From Trichormus sp. ATA11-4-KO1 (GTDB lineage: Bacteria; Cyanobacteriota; Cyanobacteriia; Cyanobacteriales; Nostocaceae): a DNA stretch of 64,000 nt. The notes below the pieces were generated by a model. It did no database searches and had not been told where the DNA came from. It was given only the letters and a program-made list of their open reading frames with translations. Location of the stretch: NCBI GenBank assembly GCA_019358915.1, contig JAHHIM010000006.1, positions 96,001 to 160,000 of the forward strand. The letters run 5' to 3'. Numbering within the stretch: the stretch's first letter is position 1; every line of letters starts with the position of its first letter. The translations under genes and the position numbers were made by a program. This document shows, one piece after another, positions 57,733-64,000 of the stretch.

Positions 57733-58926
57733 TCAGAATTTAATCAATCCCATCTCTCGCAAACCCTGGCGTAGCTTGTTCGCCTCGTCTGGGTTTTGCT
57801 GCTCGTGAAGCAGGATGGCATTTTTAAAGGCTGTTAAACTAGCTGAGACATTGCCAACTTTTAGCTGTACTACCCCTAAATTTTGATAGGCTTGGGCGTA
57901 GTTGGGATTTAACTTAATGGCTTTTTGGTAACAAGCGATCGCATCGGTAAATAAACCCAAAGCCTTAAATACCATCCCCAGATTATAATGTCCGGCAGCA
58001 AAACTAGAATCAATCTTTAAAGCTGTTTCATAAGCTATTTTTGCCCCGTTTAAATCTCCAGAGGCTTTGAGTAAGTTACCCAAATTGTTGTATGCTCCTA
58101 ACTTCAGCATGGGGTAAATTGGTAACTTGATAGCAGCTTGATAGTGAAAAACAGCTTGTTGGGGATTTTGCAAATGATTGTGGGCAATACCTAAATGGTA
58201 GTGCAGCTCATACAAAATCTCGTAGTTTTCCTCACTAGCAGCGATTCCTCTTTGTAATAACTGCATACCTTGGGCAATTTTGCCAGTTTCCACATATAAA
58301 GCTCCTAATTTACTGCAAACATAGGGATCATCAGGATGGCTAGCTAGAAATGCTTCCATTGTGGTTTGGGCTTTGGCATATTTATTATTTTGAGTGATCG
58401 CATTTTTTTGGTATCCTTTGTGTAAGATTGCTACTCCTTGTAAATAACCGATCTGCCAGTGGGTTTCTTTAGTCAAAATTGCGCTAACGCTATCATCTAC
58501 CAAAGCATGGTAAGGGCGTTGAAAGTGAATATCAGGATGGTGGCGAAAGAGTCGAGAAACCAGAGAATAGGGAGATTGTTCTGCGCCAACTTCTTGGCGG
58601 ACAAGGTTAATTAGCAGATATTCTTCACTGTCGATTGCAGACTTAATCTGTGGCACAATACTTGGTGTTAAAATTTCATCGGCATCTAATACCAAAATCC
58701 AATCACCAGTAACATATTTTAAAGCTGCATTGCGGGCAGCACTGAAGTCATTGCACCATTGAAAGTGATAGACTTTGGCACCGAATTGTTGGGCAATATC
58801 AGCAGTGCGATCGCTGGAACCTGTATCCACTACTACAATTTCATTTACTACATTTTTCACACTACTAAGGCACTTAGGTAGTGTAGCTTCTTCATTTTTA
58901 ACAATCATGCACAGACTAAGTTTCAT
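57733..58926 (-). CDS. Glycosyltransferase family 2 with TPR repeats
   Basis: LSLCMIVKNEE, VDTGSSD, DFSAARN, LDADE; multiple TPRs. Confidence 0.93.
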   Translation of the reverse strand: MKLSLCMIVKNEEATLPKCLSSVKNVVNEIVVVDTGSSDRTADIAQQFGAKVYHFQWCNDFSAARNAALKYVTGDWILVLDADEILTPSIVPQIKSAIDSEEYLLINLVRQEVGAEQSPYSLVSRLFRHHPDIHFQRPYHALVDDSVSAILTKETHWQIGYLQGVAILHKGYQKNAITQNNKYAKAQTTMEAFLASHPDDPYVCSKLGALYVETGKIAQGMQLLQRGIAASEENYEILYELHYHLGIAHNHLQNPQQAVFHYQAAIKLPIYPMLKLGAYNNLGNLLKASGDLNGAKIAYETALKIDSSFAAGHYNLGMVFKALGLFTDAIACYQKAIKLNPNYAQAYQNLGVVQLKVGNVSASLTAFKNAILLHEQQNPDEANKLRQGLREMGLIKF

Positions 58927-59155
58927 ATAGGCAGCAATTTAGTAATTAAAAGACACCATGAATATTACATAATTCAATCTTTTATTAACATAAACTGGAA
59001 ATTCGCCAAGATGCGGGGACTCAAACCCTTGCTTCCTTTGGTCGCGATTCATCAGAGGATCATCCCTCGAACCTCGAACCTCTGACTTCTGACTTTGTTG
59101 AAGTTTAATATAGGCATCAGTTAAATTTATTTAAAAGTGGGAAATCAAAAATCAA

Positions 59156-60511
59156 ATGCAAGTACCCAATCAGCTGAAAACCCCCTCTGTTCTCCAGAGA
59201 TTCCAATGGGTTGTTGACCCTGTAGGATATATGGAAAATGCAGTTCAGCAATATCCTGATATTTTCACAGCGAATGTAATTGGTACTGGAAACGGCTTAG
59301 TATTTGTGAACCATCCCCAAGCAGTGCAAGAAATTTTAACTAACGATCGCAAAAAATTTGCCGCCTTGGGTGAGAACAACAAAATTTTAAAACCCTTAGT
59401 TGGCGACTATTCAGTTTTTATGCTGGAAGGCGATCGCCATCGTCAGCGGCGTCAGCTAGTTATGCCTTCTTTTCATGGCGATCGGATGCGAAACTACGGT
59501 GAGTTAATTCGCAGTATTACAGAAAAAGTCTGGAGTCAGTTACCGACAGATCAAACATTTACGGCTCGTAACGCCACACAAGATATTTCCTTGCAAGTGA
59601 TCTTACAGGCTGTCTTCGGTGTGTATGAGGGAGAACATAGCCAACAATTGAGAAAACAACTAGCATTAATAGCGGATCTATTTCGCTCACCTGTCACTTC
59701 TAGTTTTCTATTTTTTACTTTTCTGCAAAAGGATTTAGGAAATTGGAGTCCTTGGGGCAAGTTTTTAAGGGATAGGCAGCAACTTGACGAATTGCTCTAT
59801 GCTGAAATTGCTAAACGCCGAGAGCAGAACGATGCAGATCGTATTGATATCCTCTCCTTGTTGATGTCGGCTCAAGATGAAGGCGGAAACTCCATGACAG
59901 ACCAAGAGTTACACGACGAGTTGATGACTCTGCTGTTTGCTGGGTACGAAACCACCGCCACAGCAATGGCTTGGGCATTATATTGGATTCACAAGAAACC
60001 CGAAGTCCGGGAAAAACTGTTGCAAGAACTAGATACCCTTGGTGACCTATCAGACCCGATGAGCATTTTCCGGTTGCCTTATCTTACGGCTGTTTGTAAT
60101 GAAACCTTGCGAATTCATCCTGTGGCGATGTTGACGTTTCCTAGGGTAGTACAAGAACCTGTGGAACTTCTAGGACATTCTTTAGAGCCTGGTACAGCAT
60201 TGGCAGGCTGTATGTATCTGACTCACCAGCGTGAGGATTTATATCCAGAACCAAAGCAGTTCAAACCAGAGCGGTTTCTCGAACGTCAATTTTCTCCCTA
60301 TGAATTTATGCCTTTTGGTGGTGGTGTCCGGCGCTGTTTGGGTGAGGCTTTGGCTGTGTTTGAAATGAAGCTAGTATTAGCAACTATTATGTCACGCTAT
60401 GAACTCGCACTAGCTGACCATCAACCAGAAGTACCTCGCCGCAGAGGTGTCACCCTGGCACCTGCCCGTGGTGTGAAGATGGTAATTAAACAGAGGCGAT
60501 CGCAACCATAA
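59156..60511 (+). CDS. Cytochrome P450 (CYP110 family)
   Basis: AGYETT I-helix, ETLR, PERF, PFGGGVRRCLG heme motif. Confidence 0.95.
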   Translation: MQVPNQLKTPSVLQRFQWVVDPVGYMENAVQQYPDIFTANVIGTGNGLVFVNHPQAVQEILTNDRKKFAALGENNKILKPLVGDYSVFMLEGDRHRQRRQLVMPSFHGDRMRNYGELIRSITEKVWSQLPTDQTFTARNATQDISLQVILQAVFGVYEGEHSQQLRKQLALIADLFRSPVTSSFLFFTFLQKDLGNWSPWGKFLRDRQQLDELLYAEIAKRREQNDADRIDILSLLMSAQDEGGNSMTDQELHDELMTLLFAGYETTATAMAWALYWIHKKPEVREKLLQELDTLGDLSDPMSIFRLPYLTAVCNETLRIHPVAMLTFPRVVQEPVELLGHSLEPGTALAGCMYLTHQREDLYPEPKQFKPERFLERQFSPYEFMPFGGGVRRCLGEALAVFEMKLVLATIMSRYELALADHQPEVPRRRGVTLAPARGVKMVIKQRRSQP

Positions 60512-60525
60512 TCTCCACTACTGGT

Positions 60526-61062
60526 TTACTCAAATACTGGCGACCATAATTCAGTAACTGGTACTTCCCAACCAGGTAGCAAGTCAGGAACTCTTAACAC
60601 ATCGCCGTCTTGTAAGATAACAGGGGTTTGCTCGTGTCGTCGAATTTCCACGGTGCGATCTTCTGGATTGACCAAAATCCCCACAATCGTACCTTGAGCT
60701 AAGAACTCGTCAATTTTATCCCGCAGATCATCAATATTATCAGTCGGAGATTTTACCTCAACCATTAGATCAGGGGGAATGGTGGCGTAACCGCGAGGAG
60801 AACGGGGAAGACGTTCGGCGCGGATAAACGAAACATCAGGAGCGCGGGTATTGGCGAGACGAAACCCGGCGCTAGACCCTGTAATGCGTCCAAGTTGACG
60901 AGGTTCGACCCAATTCCACAGTTTCCCCCCTACCCGAAAGGCCACCTCATCAGACTCATAGCCAGAAGGACTCATAACAATAATTTTTCCATCAACTAGC
61001 TCCAGCCGATAGTCTGGATAATGCGCTTGCATGTTCTCTAAATCTTCGACGGTAAGTGACAT
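60526..61062 (-). CDS. Uma2 family putative endonuclease
   Basis: ELVDGKIIVMSP, RAPDVSF, PDLMVEVKSP, LLPGWE. Confidence 0.9.
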   Translation of the reverse strand: MSLTVEDLENMQAHYPDYRLELVDGKIIVMSPSGYESDEVAFRVGGKLWNWVEPRQLGRITGSSAGFRLANTRAPDVSFIRAERLPRSPRGYATIPPDLMVEVKSPTDNIDDLRDKIDEFLAQGTIVGILVNPEDRTVEIRRHEQTPVILQDGDVLRVPDLLPGWEVPVTELWSPVFE

Positions 61063-61297
61063 ATTGCCTCCAACCGATAATCTCCTTTTCTGCATTTATT
61101 GTGCCATTGTTTCCAGGTAATAGGATTTTAAGGTATTGTCTTGATTAGATCAGGAAATATCTTTAATCAACAACTGATGACCAGATATAACAATTAGTTA
61201 TAGGCATAAATTTGTAAAACAACAGCGATCGCTCTATGCGAATGAGGGTCATTGCTCATACATTAAAAAAGAGCCTTTTGCATAGGTAAACCCCACC

Positions 61298-62935
61298 ATG
61301 AAACGAACCAGGAAGTCTTTGCTGCTAGCCTTGAACTGGGTGTTGCTTTCATTTGGCACATCACTGTTGATTATTCTGACACAACCAATAGCACCTGTTC
61401 CCGCACAAGAACCTGCTGAATCTGTAATTATTGAGACGACGAAAGAATCCCCATCAGCACCTCAAGTACAAACAATACCCACTCCTGAAACTAACGATTC
61501 CCAGTCGCCAGAAGTTCAAACTGAAGAAACCCCACAATCAGAGTCGGTGGAGGAAGAACCTGCACCCAGTCCTGAGGAGATTGCTCGTCAGCAAAAACTC
61601 ATAGAAGCGGATCAGCTTTATTTGGCAGGACAAATCGCCGCCGCAGAAAAACTTTATCGAGAGGTAAAAGAACCTTTTAGCAAAACAGTTACAGACCAGG
61701 AACGTAAAGCAGCAATACTTGACCCCACCCAACTTTCCCCAGCAGGTAAGGTTTATTGGCGGGAATCAGAGGCGGGAATTGCCAATAAGTTGCAAACCAG
61801 AACTATGGTTCCACTGCAACTATTAGTTGAGCAGTATCCAGAGTTTATCCCCGGTCATATTCGATTTGCCGAAGTACTCAAACAATACGATCGCTCCAAA
61901 GCAGCATTAGATGTCTTAGAACGTGCAGCTTCGCTTTACCCCAATCAACCAACACTAATTAAAGCCAGAATCAGCGCTCTGGCTGAGGAAAAAAAATGGA
62001 TGGAAGCATCTTTGGCGGCGCGTCAGTTTGCTCTTCTCAACCCGAATGACCCCCAAGCACCTGAATTCGCCAATTTAGCAGAAGTTAATCTTAAGCGCTT
62101 CAAATCTCACATCCGTTCTGAGATTAGAGGTAATACTCTGGCAAATATTATCACAGGTGCATTAGGTTACGCCGTTACTGGCAGTCTTCTCGGCCCGTTT
62201 TCTGCCCTGGACTCGACAATCCTGCTGTTACAAGGTGAAGAAGCTATCGGCGAGTCGGTAGCAAAACAGGCAAAAAGACAGTTGAATTTAATAGAAGACG
62301 AAACTGTTACAGCCTACGTCAATGAAATCGGCCAAAAACTTGTCAAAGTAGCAGGACGCGAAGAATTTAAATATGAATTTTTTGTAATTCCTCAAGAAAG
62401 TCTCAACGCTTTTGCTTTACCTGGAGGCAAAATCTTTATTAATGCAGGTGCGATCGCTAAAACAAATTCAGAAGCAGAATTAGCTGGATTAGTTGGTCAT
62501 GAATTAGCTCATACAGTTCTATCTCATGGTTTTCAATTAGTTACTCAAGGAAACCTCATTGCTAATGTTACCCAATATCTCCCTTTAGGTGGCACTATTG
62601 GTCAACTGTTTGCACTCAGTTACAGCCGTGATATGGAACGTCAGGCTGATAATCTCGGTACGCGTTTGATTGTGGCTAGCGGCTACGCTGCTGACGGTTT
62701 GCGTAACTTAATGGTGACCTTAGAAAAACAACAAAAAACCGCTATTCCCCGTTGGTTATCTTCACACCCAGGCGGTAGCGAAAGAGTTAGTTATTTAGAA
62801 AACTTGATTACTCGTGGTAGCTACAACCGCTACACCTATGAAGGAGTCGAGCGACATACACAAGTACAAGCACGAGTGAAACAGTTACTGAAAGAGAAGA
62901 AAGCACAAGCACAAAAAAAGCAGGGTTCTGAATGA
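61298..62935 (+). CDS. M48-family metalloprotease with TPR-like N-terminus
   Basis: Signal peptide, NAFALPGG, HELAH, YSRDMERQAD, SSHP. Confidence 0.92.
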   Translation: MKRTRKSLLLALNWVLLSFGTSLLIILTQPIAPVPAQEPAESVIIETTKESPSAPQVQTIPTPETNDSQSPEVQTEETPQSESVEEEPAPSPEEIARQQKLIEADQLYLAGQIAAAEKLYREVKEPFSKTVTDQERKAAILDPTQLSPAGKVYWRESEAGIANKLQTRTMVPLQLLVEQYPEFIPGHIRFAEVLKQYDRSKAALDVLERAASLYPNQPTLIKARISALAEEKKWMEASLAARQFALLNPNDPQAPEFANLAEVNLKRFKSHIRSEIRGNTLANIITGALGYAVTGSLLGPFSALDSTILLLQGEEAIGESVAKQAKRQLNLIEDETVTAYVNEIGQKLVKVAGREEFKYEFFVIPQESLNAFALPGGKIFINAGAIAKTNSEAELAGLVGHELAHTVLSHGFQLVTQGNLIANVTQYLPLGGTIGQLFALSYSRDMERQADNLGTRLIVASGYAADGLRNLMVTLEKQQKTAIPRWLSSHPGGSERVSYLENLITRGSYNRYTYEGVERHTQVQARVKQLLKEKKAQAQKKQGSE

Positions 62936-63005
62936 ATCAAAACAACAAAATTATTCGTCACTTAAACTATCAATTCTTTACCTTCTTTTTGCTGGAGCAT
63001 AATTT

Positions 63006-63788
63006 ATGTCCTCACAACCCCTAAAGTTTTTATGTTTGAGCAGTCTGGGCTTATCCTTATTTCTGGGAAATTCTGTAGCCTTGGCTCAATTTGATGACTC
63101 TACTACTGGGGATGTTGTCGTACCAACAATCCCATCAGGTGGTACATCAACCTCACCATTCCCCACAGACACATCAACCGGCACACCCACTTCACCTACT
63201 GTCACTAGTGGTACTCGGTTTACCTGTCAGTTTTACAACGGTCAGTATACTGTCATGTATCAGCCACAAAATATACCAGGTCAATTCTTTCCCTGGGCAG
63301 CTCCTGCGGCTTTAGGTGGTGGTTGGACTCCCCAAAGACGTTGTGAAGCGATCGCTAGTCGCTTAGAATTATATCGCCCAGATGGTTTACAAGAACTTCA
63401 GACAGGCAGAGAAAATAATGAAAACATTGTCTGCGTCACGACTGAAGCTAACTCCTCATGTCGCATTATCTTAACAGTACCACGTGACAAAGACCCCTTT
63501 GTTGTCCGCAATGACGTTTTCCAAAACTTGGTTACTGCTGACAACGGACAGCAGACTGTAGCTGTCAATACTTATGGCGATCGCAATCGGGGAAGTGTAA
63601 ACGAATTATACAACTTAGGTCGTACACTCCTAGGTGGTGGCAACAATCGAGTTTCATCATCTCGCAGTGGAATTAACTTGAAACCTTACCTTGCTCCTCA
63701 AGATGGCGGTACTCTGCGAAATAGCGGTGCAAGTAACCAGTCTCAGCCTCAAACCCCTACCCGTCTCAATCCTGGTAATTTCCGGTAA
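63006..63788 (+). CDS. COP23-domain exported protein
   Basis: Signal peptide, RFTC, GGGWTPQRRCEAIASRL, TGRENNENIVC. Confidence 0.8.
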   Translation: MSSQPLKFLCLSSLGLSLFLGNSVALAQFDDSTTGDVVVPTIPSGGTSTSPFPTDTSTGTPTSPTVTSGTRFTCQFYNGQYTVMYQPQNIPGQFFPWAAPAALGGGWTPQRRCEAIASRLELYRPDGLQELQTGRENNENIVCVTTEANSSCRIILTVPRDKDPFVVRNDVFQNLVTADNGQQTVAVNTYGDRNRGSVNELYNLGRTLLGGGNNRVSSSRSGINLKPYLAPQDGGTLRNSGASNQSQPQTPTRLNPGNFR

Positions 63789-63843
63789 TTAATGGTTTAT
63801 TATTTAACGAATCGCGACCAAGGGGAGCAAGGGTCTAAGTCCC

Positions 63844-63903
63844 CCGGTGAAATATTAATTTCACCGGAATTTATTTAGTGGGGGTTTAAATCCCCCACTA
63901 AAT
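63844..63903. terminator. Two adjacent perfect hairpins between convergent genes
   Basis: CCGGTGAAAT/ATTTCACCGG and ATTTAGTGGGGG/CCCCCACTAAAT. Confidence 0.55.
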
Positions 63904-63944
63904 TCGTTCTTCTTCCTTCTTCCTCCTTCCTTATTTTTTAAGAA

Positions 63945-64000
63945 TTACGAAAAAGCCTGAATTAATGCCTTTGCTTTCAGAAAAGCTTCCTCAAATTCCG
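63945..64000 (-). CDS. 3' end of a gene entering from the right edge (...EFEEAFLKAKALIQAFS*)
   Basis: Open frame to the window edge, ending before the hairpins; too short to identify. Confidence 0.4.
   Translation of the reverse strand, partial: EFEEAFLKAKALIQAFS

Noticed and set aside
6916..61062. Three Uma2 genes as a restriction system
   Set aside because: Uma2 paralogs are highly expanded and scattered in cyanobacteria, and no methyltransferase partner is present.
1..64000. Abundant GCGATCGC octamers as a novel signal
   Set aside because: This is the well-known cyanobacterial HIP1 sequence.

Overview
This is a 64-kb chromosomal window from a filamentous, probably heterocyst-forming (Nostocales-type) cyanobacterium. 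The basis is abundant HIP1 octamers (GCGATCGC), short tandem heptamer repeats, helical carotenoid proteins, BicA and a RexT/TrxA2 locus. Most of the window is core-genome housekeeping: rexT-trxA2-nitroreductase-GST, JAB-moeB, hisZ-DnaJ-IMPase-nuclease-ferredoxin, tRNA-Ser(GGA), ftsE, a partner-switch pair, CTDH/HCP, queG, PBP1A, folK, ndbB, comA, iscS, an aspartate aminotransferase, SulP/USP/bicA, CYP110, an M48 peptidase and COP23. The most interesting part is an ~11.3-kb all-minus-strand accessory block (9.3-20.65 kb) between hisZ and a 7Fe ferredoxin. It encodes a sigma70-like protein, a DUF1822 protein, a membrane-anchored CHAT (caspase-like) protease with an intact His/Cys dyad fused to an extracellular ligand-binding domain, an orphan NarL-type regulator and envelope/VWA proteins. 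Two or three of its promoters share a bipartite motif: an HLR1-like direct repeat plus a CCGATA box at fixed spacing. Smaller observations are repeat-donated protein C-termini (including a new terminal Cys on RexT), a 24-nt element inserted four times into heptamer arrays, MITE-like elements (one with a 5-bp target duplication), a decayed HepT toxin, a receiver-domain pseudogene and a small mobile-looking cassette behind the tRNA. All calls come from reading motifs and from family knowledge; no database searches were run.
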